IMG/VR virus record: IMGVR_UViG_3300020450_001133
Source: a virus
Lineage: Duplodnaviria > Caudoviricetes
Direction: 5' to 3' (one strand)
DNA: 64,000 nt
Every line of letters begins with the position of its first letter. Within the stretch, counting starts at the first letter, position 1. A program made the position numbers and the translations under genes. Positions 1 through 9,344 of this stretch are shown here, one piece after another. The notes beneath the pieces were generated by a model. The model saw nothing but the letters and a program-made list of their open reading frames with translations. It was not told where the DNA came from and ran no database searches.

Positions 1-925
1 CACGAAGTCTATCTGCGTTATCAAGCATGAAGTCGATTACTTCTTTTTCGCCTTCTTTACCGAACTTGTATTCTTCAAGCATACCGTCCCTGACAATTTG
101 CTTGATTCGGATAAATTTATCCTTAATACTGTTCATTGTAAGATCCAAGTAGTGGCACCTAGACATAAGTGCTTCTAAGTGATCCTTAATCTTCTTACTA
201 CGAACGTTTTCAAAATCAACGTTAGTAATAAAGATACAACCACCTTTAAACTCAAACCTATCAGGTATACCTTCTCTACGAAGTGCTTGGGACTCTGACT
301 TCCAAGTAATGTATCTTTTCTTACCTGAATCAAGTGTAGCCTTAAGCATGTTCAAACATACTTCATCAAACAACACACTATCACAGTCATCAAATACTAA
401 TATGTTACCAGGTGCAGAGTTGTTAAACAATGTCTGGAACAAACCAATTGGTGTTACAGAACCTTTTACAACTTCAGTCCTTGCAGGTTTACCAGCAACC
501 TGAGTAAGCATGTCGTATTCTTCAAGAACAGTTTCAACACCAAACGACTTACCAACTCCTGGAGGGCCACTTACAATCATACCCCTTACAGTACCTTCTG
601 CTACTGCATGAGTCATTCTATCAAGAATATCAAATCTTTCTTTGATTCTCTCAATAGCATCTTTTTCACTCTCTTCTTCTTTTGGAGTGTTGTCGATTTT
701 AGCCTGCTCGGCGTATATTGCCGGAGTAACATATTCAAGGTCCTTAGTAGGATCTTCAATTAGCACTCGGATTTTATCGAACTTATCACCAAGAACTTCA
801 CTTCCATTTACAGTAATGAAAGCACCTTTCTTGCCAATGTTTAAAGGTTTCAATACAGGGAAAACCATGTTTTCAATGGTATTCTTTCTGTAAGTACCGT
901 GTTTTATTTTTACAAAGTTAGTCAT
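1..925 (-). CDS. AAA-family P-loop ATPase (runs off the left edge; C-terminus missing)
   Basis: Manual translation from ATG at 925 (SD GGGAG): MTNFVKIKHG...MIVSGPPGVGKSFG (Walker A)...ILVFDDCD (Walker B). Open to the window edge; not in the ORF track. Confidence 0.8.
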   Translation of the reverse strand, partial: MTNFVKIKHGTYRKNTIENMVFPVLKPLNIGKKGAFITVNGSEVLGDKFDKIRVLIEDPTKDLEYVTPAIYAEQAKIDNTPKEEESEKDAIERIKERFDILDRMTHAVAEGTVRGMIVSGPPGVGKSFGVETVLEEYDMLTQVAGKPARTEVVKGSVTPIGLFQTLFNNSAPGNILVFDDCDSVLFDEVCLNMLKATLDSGKKRYITWKSESQALRREGIPDRFEFKGGCIFITNVDFENVRSKKIKDHLEALMSRCHYLDLTMNSIKDKFIRIKQIVRDGMLEEYKFGKEGEKEVIDFMLDNADRLR

Positions 926-958
926 CTTTACTCCCGTTTTGTTTAACTTATACATACT

Positions 959-986
959 ATTATACTTCTTTAGCGAGTAAAGTCAA
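959..986 (-). promoter_or_regulatory. sigma70-type early promoter TTGACT-N16-TATAAT
   Basis: Reverse complement reads TTGACT TTACTCGCTAAAGAAG TATAAT, upstream of the AAA ATPase. Confidence 0.7.
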
Positions 987-1015
987 CCTTTTTGCCACTT
1001 TTTTTGGTAATTTTT

Positions 1016-1555
1016 TTAAGATTTTTTGATATCTAGCATGAAAAAGCAGGTTTGTAAGCATTTTGCCTGCCATTTTGCATCATCTACAGCACTATGTAAG
1101 TCCTCTTGAATGCCTTTTCTGGGGTCAACTTCCATCATACTGAATACAGTTCTACTGTCTCTGATTTGCCAATATGCCCAATTTGTGTGGGTATTAAGCA
1201 TTTTATATAGATTCTCAATAATGACCATATCAAATTGTGGGCCTTGACACCAAATTTGGTCACAACCTACTAGCCACTTATTAAGTGATTTTGTGAATTC
1301 TGTTAGTTTAGTTCTGCCTTCTTCTGCAAAGGCAATTTCCTGAATATGCTTTGGTTGTTTTGCCCACCATTGCATTGTGCCATCATCTATATCCCTAGAC
1401 AATGCTGTTTGCTCATCAATGTCTAATTTCATATCAATGAAGGAATGTGGCTCTTCATTTGTGTAAGGATCGAACTTTACACCACCCACACTCAAGATAA
1501 CTGCTTCAGGCGATGTTGCCAAAGTCTCAATATCTATCATTGCGTGAGTGGTCAT
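1016..1555 (-). CDS. DEDD-family 3'-5' exonuclease (DexA/Rv2179c-like)
   Basis: MIDIET (ExoI), WCQGPQFD (ExoII), RDSRT, HSAVDD (ExoIII) motifs. Confidence 0.8.
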   Translation of the reverse strand: MTTHAMIDIETLATSPEAVILSVGGVKFDPYTNEEPHSFIDMKLDIDEQTALSRDIDDGTMQWWAKQPKHIQEIAFAEEGRTKLTEFTKSLNKWLVGCDQIWCQGPQFDMVIIENLYKMLNTHTNWAYWQIRDSRTVFSMMEVDPRKGIQEDLHSAVDDAKWQAKCLQTCFFMLDIKKS

Positions 1556-1564
1556 AAGTATTCC

Positions 1565-1729
1565 TTAATTTGTTATTGATACGTCATACATACCTGCAAA
1601 AACAAGTTTTGCTTCTTCAAGTGTGTATTGTCTTTCATTCCAAGCAGAACGTTCTCTACAATTCATGTCATACCAGACTGTAAAGTTTTGCTCATAACTT
1701 ATGCTTTCATCGTATTCAAATACTTCCAT
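1565..1729 (-). CDS. small hypothetical protein, 54 aa
   Basis: Manual: AGGAG SD then MEVFEYDESISYEQNFTVWYDMNCRERSAWNERQYTLEEAKLVFAGMYDVSITN*; sits directly behind a consensus promoter. Confidence 0.65.
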   Translation of the reverse strand: MEVFEYDESISYEQNFTVWYDMNCRERSAWNERQYTLEEAKLVFAGMYDVSITN

Positions 1730-1758
1730 ATTTTACTCCTAAATTAAAAAGTAAATAT

Positions 1759-1787
1759 ATTATACCGAAATTTGTGGTGAATGTCAA
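1759..1787 (-). promoter_or_regulatory. sigma70-type early promoter TTGACA-N17-TATAAT
   Basis: Perfect consensus hexamers with a 17-nt spacer. Confidence 0.8.
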
Positions 1788-1792
1788 CCTAA

Positions 1793-2374
1793 TTATGCAT
1801 TAAGTTTTTCGAAGTATTTTTCGTAAAGACGTTTTTCCCAATAATATGCTTCACGTTCCCAAGGTTGTTTACTGTATGGAACTTTAGTATAATCACCTTT
1901 TTTCCATCTTGCAGTAGTTGGAGATAATTCACCTGAAATAAATTGTTTAGCATGTATCAATTCATGTGTTAGATTTATAAGCATTTCTTCTCTAGTAAAT
2001 TTTATACCTTCACTAGTTCTGGCAATTTCAATATCAATTGTATCTCTATCTCCCCAACAAAATCCACCTGCTTGTTCCTCTAAAACATTGTGTATCCACA
2101 CATCAATATTTACAGGTCTACGGATATTTGTAGGCAGTATATTCTCTACCAAAAGTTCAGATATATTTTCTACTAATTTTTTATTTTTGAATTGCCCATA
2201 AAGATTAACATGGACCATATCTTGGCTCCTACACCAGTTTTCAATATCGCTTATATTAGCATCATTAGACGTATTGTCAACCTTTTTGTAAGTGCTTGAT
2301 TTGGAAGAAGTTAATCTATTACTATGTCTTCCATTCCGGCTGTTCTTAGCCTTGTGATGTGTCCTATTTGCCAT
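1793..2374 (-). CDS. HEXXH zinc metallopeptidase-like protein (true start uncertain)
   Basis: LTHELIHAKQ motif followed by PWEREAY, typical of phage SprT-like/zincin proteins. Confidence 0.6.
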   Translation of the reverse strand: MANRTHHKAKNSRNGRHSNRLTSSKSSTYKKVDNTSNDANISDIENWCRSQDMVHVNLYGQFKNKKLVENISELLVENILPTNIRRPVNIDVWIHNVLEEQAGGFCWGDRDTIDIEIARTSEGIKFTREEMLINLTHELIHAKQFISGELSPTTARWKKGDYTKVPYSKQPWEREAYYWEKRLYEKYFEKLNA

Positions 2375-2772
2375 TGCTTTGTATCTAAGCCTTTCATAAT
2401 GCCCAAATACTTGTTTCTAAGTAGAGCATATTGGTTGCAAAGATGTGTTAGGTTGATAACACTATCTTCACTGTCAACGAATTTTTCTGCGTCTCTACTA
2501 CTTAACTGTCTGTTATAGGATTCGAGATATTTTCTGAACGTTGTACTTCTCTCCTTACGAAGTTCAATATTCAGATGTTCTAGTATTGCTTCAATCTCTT
2601 GAAGTTGATTGAAACGATGTTCTGTTATGCCAGGTAGGGCGGCACTGGATTTCTCCAGGCTACCCTTTATACTGCATTCGTATTTGGCTTGTTGTAGTTC
2701 ATTTTCGTAATGCTCAATAGATTGAACTATCTTACTTAAATCTTCTACAACTGAATTATACCAACCTGCCAT
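2311..2772 (-). CDS. uvsY: UvsY-like recombination mediator
   Basis: KYLESYNRQLSSRDAEKFVD...LRNKYLGIMKGLDTKQWQ helical pattern, in the UvsX/gp32 operon. Start MAGW at 2772 overlaps the upstream stop (TAATG). Confidence 0.7.
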   Translation of the reverse strand: MAGWYNSVVEDLSKIVQSIEHYENELQQAKYECSIKGSLEKSSAALPGITEHRFNQLQEIEAILEHLNIELRKERSTTFRKYLESYNRQLSSRDAEKFVDSEDSVINLTHLCNQYALLRNKYLGIMKGLDTKQWQIGHITRLRTAGMEDIVID

Positions 2773-3005
2773 TAGTAATCCCAATCATCGTCTTCTTCAT
2801 CTTCCTCGCCAAAACCATAGTGACCAATCACTGCGGCTTTTAAGGCAGAATCAAAAGTATGTGCTTCATCTTCCACTCCGGCCATATCACATTCTTCATC
2901 AAATACGCGAACTAAATGTTCTGCGGCTTCGACTCTGTCTTTCTTAGCGATGTAGTTTTTCAGAGTGTCCCAAGTACTAATAAGTAATTGTAAATCAGGG
3001 TTCAT
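2772..3005 (-). CDS. hypothetical protein with acidic C-terminus
   Basis: 77-aa ORF tightly packed between uvsX and uvsY. Confidence 0.7.
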   Translation of the reverse strand: MNPDLQLLISTWDTLKNYIAKKDRVEAAEHLVRVFDEECDMAGVEDEAHTFDSALKAAVIGHYGFGEEDEEDDDWDY

Positions 3006-3007
3006 TA

Positions 3008-4105
3008 CTAAACCTCCTCCATTTCATCTGTTGAATCGATGTCAGATGCGTTTTCATAATCAGCATTTACATCAGCATTTGGATTTTGTCCAAATTCATT
3101 GATAATTACCTGAAGTTTATCTCCGGTCCAGCCTTTTCTGAACTCTTTGATTTCTTCACCTGTAATTGGCGATACATATGAAAGTTTATTTCCAACTTTT
3201 TCTACAATACCTTTGGATTCAAACATCTCTAGGAGCCCACTATATGGGTCCATACCTGTTTCGTATGGGATCTTTACTTGAACACTTTCAAAAGGTTTAC
3301 TGTATCTAGTTTTCATAACTTTACATGCCGCCCTAATGCCTTGTACTGTAGACACTTTGTTGCCTGCCTCATCTTCCTTAAGTTTAAGTTTTCTAAGTGC
3401 GACAACAATACTACTAGCATATATAAAACCTTGTCCGCCTGATATTTTATCATCAGGATCAAACATGTCTTGCGATGCATAAGTATGATTAGTTGCAACA
3501 AGTCCGATAGGATGCGGTGCTAATTGATTAACCGTGTTTCTAACTAAAGCAGTTAGAGCCTTAGGTTTTCTACCTAAATCGCCTTTTAAGTCACCTTTAT
3601 TAAATTGGTCAACGTCAGTAGGCGATAGTAACATACCTAAACTATCTATTACAAATAGCACTTTAGGTTGTTCTTCATAAGGTAGGTCACCATAGTTATC
3701 TTTATAGTCACTAATAAATGTGCTTAATGTTTTTGCTACATCATCAATCATAGACACACCAAATTTTAATAATTTATCGGGGTCGGTGCTAACATTTAAT
3801 GCGTGTAGCCATTCTTCATCAAGAGCATTCTCAGAGTCAAATATAATAACTTGACAGCCTTGTTCTTGTGCGTTTCTTACTAAGTTTCCAGCACAGATAA
3901 AACTCTTACCTGAGCCAGACTCACCGGCAAATACACTAACTTTACCCAGTGGAATACCTTTATTAAAGTCTCCACTAATAAGATAATTTAATGTATGATT
4001 ACCAGTTGATATCCAGTCCTGCGGATCATGGAAGCCAGCACTGATGCCAGTAATAGATTTACTGATACCAGTTCTGAACTTTGTTAAGTCAAATGGTTTC
4101 TGCAT
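3008..4105 (-). CDS. uvsX: UvsX/RecA-like recombinase
   Basis: FAGESGSGKS Walker A, FVIDSLG Walker B, LVATNHTY, ISGGQGFIYASS. Confidence 0.92.
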   Translation of the reverse strand: MQKPFDLTKFRTGISKSITGISAGFHDPQDWISTGNHTLNYLISGDFNKGIPLGKVSVFAGESGSGKSFICAGNLVRNAQEQGCQVIIFDSENALDEEWLHALNVSTDPDKLLKFGVSMIDDVAKTLSTFISDYKDNYGDLPYEEQPKVLFVIDSLGMLLSPTDVDQFNKGDLKGDLGRKPKALTALVRNTVNQLAPHPIGLVATNHTYASQDMFDPDDKISGGQGFIYASSIVVALRKLKLKEDEAGNKVSTVQGIRAACKVMKTRYSKPFESVQVKIPYETGMDPYSGLLEMFESKGIVEKVGNKLSYVSPITGEEIKEFRKGWTGDKLQVIINEFGQNPNADVNADYENASDIDSTDEMEEV

Positions 4106-4116
4106 GATGTATCTCC

Positions 4117-5106
4117 TTATGACCTGTTACGGATCATGTTTAAAATATCATCTGCACTAGGTTTTTCACCACTTGCTTGTTGTTCTACAGGAGCACTTTC
4201 TTCTGCTTTTGCTTCAGGCTCAGCAGGTGCTGGTGCAGGCTCTTTTACTTCTGCAACAGGTTCAGTTGTTACTGTTGGAGCAGGTTGAGCCGCTGGTGTA
4301 GTTGATTGAGTTTTAGGAACATCTACGCCATATGGCTTGTAGAAGTTGCCCCATCTCTCAACATCGTATAATTCACCATCAACCGATGCTTGGAACATTT
4401 CAGCGATTGCTTGTAGTTCTTCTGCGCCAGGCTTTTTAGGTAAAAAGTCATTTAAGTTATACAAACCATTAGAATCAATAGCCGCTAATTCTTCTTCATT
4501 TAAGCCACGTTCTTTACGAGCCCATTTTGAAGTAGAGTAGTCTGCATACTGTCCTTTGGTTGTTTTTGTTACCCTAAAGTCTGTACCATTTACATAATCA
4601 GTAGGAATGTTTTCCATGTCTGGGTCCATCAATGCTGATTTGATAATGTTAAAGATTTGTGGGGAAATGACAAAACGTCTGATTGGATTTTCAGGTGTTT
4701 CTTCATTTAACGGATTTTCAGTTACAAATCCTTGGAAAATGTAACTTCTTTTTTTCCAGTACTTACGACCCATGTCTTCTAGACTTGCGTCTTTAAACCA
4801 AGGACGAACCTCAGTTAATACTGGACAAGTTTCGCCGTACATTTCGTTACACGGAACTTGTACTGTAACAGGTTTTGCGTCACCGCCTTTCACACCTGGA
4901 AATGATAACCTAATCATTTGTCTTTCTACCCAGAAAAACGTGTTGTTAGGATCTTCATCAGGAAGGAATCTAAGTGTACAACTTGTACCTTCGTCGATGT
5001 TCCAATGTGGGAAAATGGCGTTGTCTCCGCCTGTTGATGATTGGCTAGAACTCTTGTTGTTCTCCATGCTTGCCAATTTAGCCCTTATTTCTGCCAAAGA
5101 TGCCAT
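4117..5106 (-). CDS. gp32-like single-stranded DNA-binding protein
   Basis: LRFLPD, VPCNEMYGETCPV, YWKKRSY, DYSTSKW motifs; Pro/Ala/Glu-rich tail ending ADDILNMIRNRS. Confidence 0.88.
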   Translation of the reverse strand: MASLAEIRAKLASMENNKSSSQSSTGGDNAIFPHWNIDEGTSCTLRFLPDEDPNNTFFWVERQMIRLSFPGVKGGDAKPVTVQVPCNEMYGETCPVLTEVRPWFKDASLEDMGRKYWKKRSYIFQGFVTENPLNEETPENPIRRFVISPQIFNIIKSALMDPDMENIPTDYVNGTDFRVTKTTKGQYADYSTSKWARKERGLNEEELAAIDSNGLYNLNDFLPKKPGAEELQAIAEMFQASVDGELYDVERWGNFYKPYGVDVPKTQSTTPAAQPAPTVTTEPVAEVKEPAPAPAEPEAKAEESAPVEQQASGEKPSADDILNMIRNRS

Positions 5107-5163
5107 AATAATATCTCCTATGTATGTGCCATGTTTGTAATCTGTGATTACTGTATGTGCCTA

Positions 5164-5192
5164 AGTTTACTTTCTTTGTGCCATGTTGTCAA
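5164..5192 (-). promoter_or_regulatory. sigma70-type promoter TTGACA-N17-TAAACT for the gp32-uvsX operon
   Basis: Hexamers and spacing read directly from the sequence. Confidence 0.65.
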
Positions 5193-5239
5193 CCTTTTTT
5201 TGTCTTTCGACAATAACCGTTGTCTTGTTATAATAGTAT

Positions 5240-6913
5240 TTATATTTCTATATCGAAACTCTCTATGAATAATTGGTATTCTCTGCTTTCTGCAAGGGAC
5301 ATTTCAGTTGCCATTACATTTTGCTGTGGTCTTTGTGCTGATAATAAAGAAGCCTTAACTGCTCTATATTCCATTGCATCTAATTGACCGCCTGTTGATA
5401 GTTTATTTCCAATTCCGCCTAAGTAGTTTGCTAACTTACTGTCTTTAACACAACCACTTAATTGTCCAACTTGATAACCTAATCTTTGATGTGCATTTTC
5501 AAACTCAATCGGTTCTTCTTGTATAAGTTCTTTTGCGTTTGCAAAATTTTCATTTTCAATAGCATTCATTATATATTGTTCAAATGCATTTTTTCTGTTT
5601 ACAAGTTTTGATAATGTTTCATGTGCATTACCAACTTTGTCATCAAAGTGTGTTTCTGTAAAGTGGTCTTCCAAGTTTACTTCTGTTACGATATCTATAT
5701 TCGACTCATCTGTTATACTTTCTACTGCTTTACTGTATGTTTTTACTCCAGCAACTCTTTTAAATGATGTTCTTATGTTATCCATTTGTTGTCTTGCAAG
5801 TGTTACATACTCTTGGTTATCTTCATTTATTAAACCTTTTTTATTGACGTAACGAATAAATTCTTTAAGTGTGCCAAAGTCTTTACACATTTGCACAATG
5901 CTTTCTCCAATTGAGTCATGCATTACACCACCATTGTATATGTGTCTTGCCATTGCTCTTGCACCTTGTAAATTTTTACTAGGGAAATAAAAACGTTCTT
6001 CATTTGCTTGAATAAAAATTTTGCTGATGTTTCTACTTCTAGCACCGCGTATTTCTTCGTTTACAGGTTTAGAATGTTTTACAATTAGTTTTACATTATC
6101 CAATGGTTGATAACTTGTTTTTAGTGAACCATGTACAGCACCTAAAGTTGCTTCTTTAATTGATTCACCTTGCATTACGTTTACACCTGGAAGTTCACCG
6201 GCTTCGTATTCTTCTTTTATATCTTCTTTCTTTATCATATCAATTATATCTTCTAATCCTGTTTCACCTTCAGAACCGTATTTTTTAAAAAAGTCATCTG
6301 GTAAATCTGCAAATACTTTTTCTGCCTTAGGATCATTTGTTTCTATTCCTTTAGGATCATATCCACCTGCTTTTCCACCAGTTACCCTGGAATCATAATA
6401 AATTCTAAAGTACTTGCCGTCTCCATAAAACACTTTTAAGTATTGACTGTAATCCTGGTCATCAGCCTTTGCTCTATATTTGTGTCCGTCTTTTGTGGAG
6501 CCTTTAAAAGAATCTATATCATCTTTTTCTTCTAAAGGAAGTCCTGCTAGTTTTCTCAATTCATTTGTTTCTTTCATGTTGGTCTCTTTTGCTACGTCTG
6601 TTGATTCACTGCTTGGTTTTAATGTTCTCCCAAATACTCTAAAATCTAAATTCATCAAATAGTCTTTACTTAGATTTTCTAATTGTTTTCTTAGTTTATC
6701 AGTTTCTTCAGTATTTTTACTAATACTTAATCTTATTTCTTCATCAGGTACATTAAGAGTAACTAACAAATTTGGATCTTCTACAAAAAATCTAATTGCA
6801 TCTGCAGGATCGCCAACTACCTCTCCTACTTTATTAAAAGTATCAATTTGGTATCCATAACCTTTTAAAAGATTATATGTTTTGTCTGCTACTGTTTTTA
6901 TACTGATTGCCAT
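5240..6913 (-). CDS. large hypothetical protein, probably virion/head-associated
   Basis: 557-aa ORF after terminase with its own GATAAATA motif; internal ELRKLAGL segment. Confidence 0.6.
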   Translation of the reverse strand: MAISIKTVADKTYNLLKGYGYQIDTFNKVGEVVGDPADAIRFFVEDPNLLVTLNVPDEEIRLSISKNTEETDKLRKQLENLSKDYLMNLDFRVFGRTLKPSSESTDVAKETNMKETNELRKLAGLPLEEKDDIDSFKGSTKDGHKYRAKADDQDYSQYLKVFYGDGKYFRIYYDSRVTGGKAGGYDPKGIETNDPKAEKVFADLPDDFFKKYGSEGETGLEDIIDMIKKEDIKEEYEAGELPGVNVMQGESIKEATLGAVHGSLKTSYQPLDNVKLIVKHSKPVNEEIRGARSRNISKIFIQANEERFYFPSKNLQGARAMARHIYNGGVMHDSIGESIVQMCKDFGTLKEFIRYVNKKGLINEDNQEYVTLARQQMDNIRTSFKRVAGVKTYSKAVESITDESNIDIVTEVNLEDHFTETHFDDKVGNAHETLSKLVNRKNAFEQYIMNAIENENFANAKELIQEEPIEFENAHQRLGYQVGQLSGCVKDSKLANYLGGIGNKLSTGGQLDAMEYRAVKASLLSAQRPQQNVMATEMSLAESREYQLFIESFDIEI

Positions 6914-6925
6914 ACTTGTATTTAT

Positions 6926-8521
6926 CTAAAGTAGTCCAATTGGCATAGGTTCGTCATACTCGTCTATAGGCTTGTCATCATCATAATTGTTGTCTCCGCC
7001 TATGTTTTGATTTACAACTTCAAAGATATCATCTTCAAAACTTGCAATATATGTAATCATTCTACAACAAATAATCAAACTCATTACCAAGTCATCAGTT
7101 TCGCCTGGTTGTGCTGAAAAACTATTTCCTCTAGCAACAAAAGTTTTTAATTCTCTAATACATGCATCAGAGAATAGTTTAATTTTGTCTTGTTCTATAA
7201 ATCTTTTTAATGTAATACAGCCGTCCAATTTACTTTTTGAACTTGTATGAAAACCTTTCCTTCCTCTTTTCCCTTGTACTTTAATAGGATCATGTAAAAA
7301 GTTTCCTGGAAAATTTTCTTCTCCTGTATCTCTAATTACAACAAGGGCGGCTTCACCTATGCTATTGTTTTCAACTGTCCAATATATTTCTTTTGCTCCG
7401 TATTGGTCAATCTCTTTTAAAATTTCTCTCATTACTCTTATTTGACCTTCTACTGGAGTCTTATTGTGACACCATTCTGCAACCTGTGTCATTGAAGGTA
7501 ACTCAATTACTTGTATTGCGGCATTATCTCCGCCTGTTCCAGCCGCTGGGTCAAGTGCTAACACATACGTTTTGTCTGCTGTGGGCCTTTTATACCAACG
7601 AACTTCTCCTTGCCTATACAAGACGTCTGTGTACTTTAGAGTAGCCAATTTTAAGGAGTCTATAAGTGTTTCATTGTATATGATAAATTCGCATTCATGC
7701 TCACGTCTAAAACGTTCTTCTCCTATTCTGCCTTGTTCTTCATCTTTCCACTCTTGGTCTCTGTCTGGATGTTGGTCCCATTTTGCCAAATATCCTTTGA
7801 ATCCATTTACACCTACATCAGATGTATTACCATATTCATCTACTGTTTTTACTGCTTGGTGCCAAATTTGTGCAAAGGTATCATCATCGCTGTTTGGAGT
7901 GCTAGTAACAATACATTTACCACCTGTTGCTAATGTTGGTGATAAAGATGTCCAAAATTCTTTGGCTATTCTGGGTGGTACGAATGCAAACTCATCTAAG
8001 TAAACTAAAGTTAGTGACATACCTCTACCAGTATTTTCTGTTGTTGTACTTGCTACTATTCTACTGCCGTTATCAAAACTAATACTCATCTTATTATATT
8101 CAACAACACCTGCTCTTATATGATTAGGAATACTTTCATAAGCATATCTAATACGTTGCATAATTTCTTGTGAGCCAGCCGCCTTATGAGCCGCAACTAA
8201 TATGGTACTGTCTGGTTTAAACATAGCAAACCATAACAAATATCCTGCCGCCACAGTAGTTTTACCCATCTGTCTGCCCAGCATATTAATACTGTACCTG
8301 TTTTCGTTGTAATTTACAATTAAATCTTCTTGATAATCGTATGGTTCAAAAGGAATGCCACCTCTTGTAGGGTGTTGTATGTTCACATACTTTTTCATAA
8401 AGAACATTGGCCCGTCATTTGGATCACAACATTGTTGAAACTCTAATAACATATCAGAGTCGTATTGAACTTTAGTATATGCTTGTTTTACTAACTCAGT
8501 ATTAACTGTTCCTTTAGGCAT
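6926..8521 (-). CDS. terminase large subunit (T4 gp17-like)
   Basis: GRQMGKTT Walker A, LVYLDEFAF Walker B, LALDPAAG and TDDLVM RNase H-like nuclease acids. Confidence 0.95.
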   Translation of the reverse strand: MPKGTVNTELVKQAYTKVQYDSDMLLEFQQCCDPNDGPMFFMKKYVNIQHPTRGGIPFEPYDYQEDLIVNYNENRYSINMLGRQMGKTTVAAGYLLWFAMFKPDSTILVAAHKAAGSQEIMQRIRYAYESIPNHIRAGVVEYNKMSISFDNGSRIVASTTTENTGRGMSLTLVYLDEFAFVPPRIAKEFWTSLSPTLATGGKCIVTSTPNSDDDTFAQIWHQAVKTVDEYGNTSDVGVNGFKGYLAKWDQHPDRDQEWKDEEQGRIGEERFRREHECEFIIYNETLIDSLKLATLKYTDVLYRQGEVRWYKRPTADKTYVLALDPAAGTGGDNAAIQVIELPSMTQVAEWCHNKTPVEGQIRVMREILKEIDQYGAKEIYWTVENNSIGEAALVVIRDTGEENFPGNFLHDPIKVQGKRGRKGFHTSSKSKLDGCITLKRFIEQDKIKLFSDACIRELKTFVARGNSFSAQPGETDDLVMSLIICCRMITYIASFEDDIFEVVNQNIGGDNNYDDDKPIDEYDEPMPIGLL

Positions 8522-8558
8522 AACACTATTTATTAAGTTTTAGAGGGGAAATAAAGTA

Positions 8559-9344
8559 TTATTTGCCGTTACGCAAATAATCTTTTAGTCTATCTTTGAG
8601 GATATTTGTTAAAACTTCTTTGGAATCTGGGTCTACTGCTGTTTTTGGGAAGTCCATAGTTGGTTTATCACCGTCCATTTCTGGTTCCGGACTTAATGAT
8701 ACAATTTTCATAGGTCCTTTATCATCATGGTCATCATCATGGTCATCATCGCCATGTGGTTCGCCACTTGGTAAAGTAATTCCAACTTTTCTTAACAATA
8801 CTTTAAGTTCGTCTATTGAATCTGCACTAGCCTCGACTGATACAGAGCCTGTTTCAGTAGAATGATGTTTTTCATATTTGTGACTTTCTTGTTCTTCTGG
8901 TTCTGGTGGTCCCATATCTTCTGGATCTCCACCGCATGTAGGACATGAATCATCACCACAACCTTCGTTGATATCTTCTTCCATTTCTGGTTCTTCGCCT
9001 TTGTTTATTTTAGCAATATCGTCTGAAGTTGCAGGTCTGTCATCAACTTTGTCCCTAGCACGGTCATCTGGTTTTGGAATCATTAATGCAACTGCTTTGT
9101 CAAACAGTTCATGTGCATCATCTTCATTTTCAAAACCATATTCGTCAGCAAAATCTACTGAACTAGAAGCAAATAAATCATCTAAGTCTAAATCGTTAAT
9201 GCCTTTTAATTTTTCAGCAACTTCTTCTGGAGTTTTACCCAATTCAATGTTTTCATCATTGATAAAAAGTGTAAGTCCGCCATCTTCTGCACCTAAGACA
9301 CCTCTGGATTCAACAATTTTTAAATACTTCTTAATGTCTTCCAT
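8559..9344 (-). CDS. acidic hypothetical protein, possible internal head protein
   Basis: Very D/E-rich; N-terminus MEDIKKYLKIVE; contains CPTC and HGDDDHDDDHDD. Confidence 0.55.
   Translation of the reverse strand: MEDIKKYLKIVESRGVLGAEDGGLTLFINDENIELGKTPEEVAEKLKGINDLDLDDLFASSSVDFADEYGFENEDDAHELFDKAVALMIPKPDDRARDKVDDRPATSDDIAKINKGEEPEMEEDINEGCGDDSCPTCGGDPEDMGPPEPEEQESHKYEKHHSTETGSVSVEASADSIDELKVLLRKVGITLPSGEPHGDDDHDDDHDDKGPMKIVSLSPEPEMDGDKPTMDFPKTAVDPDSKEVLTNILKDRLKDYLRNGK

Noticed and set aside
3008-8521. Inteins or group I introns in UvsX, terminase or gp46
   Set aside because: Lengths and motif spacing are uninterrupted; no C...HN splice ends or intron P/Q/R/S elements noticed.
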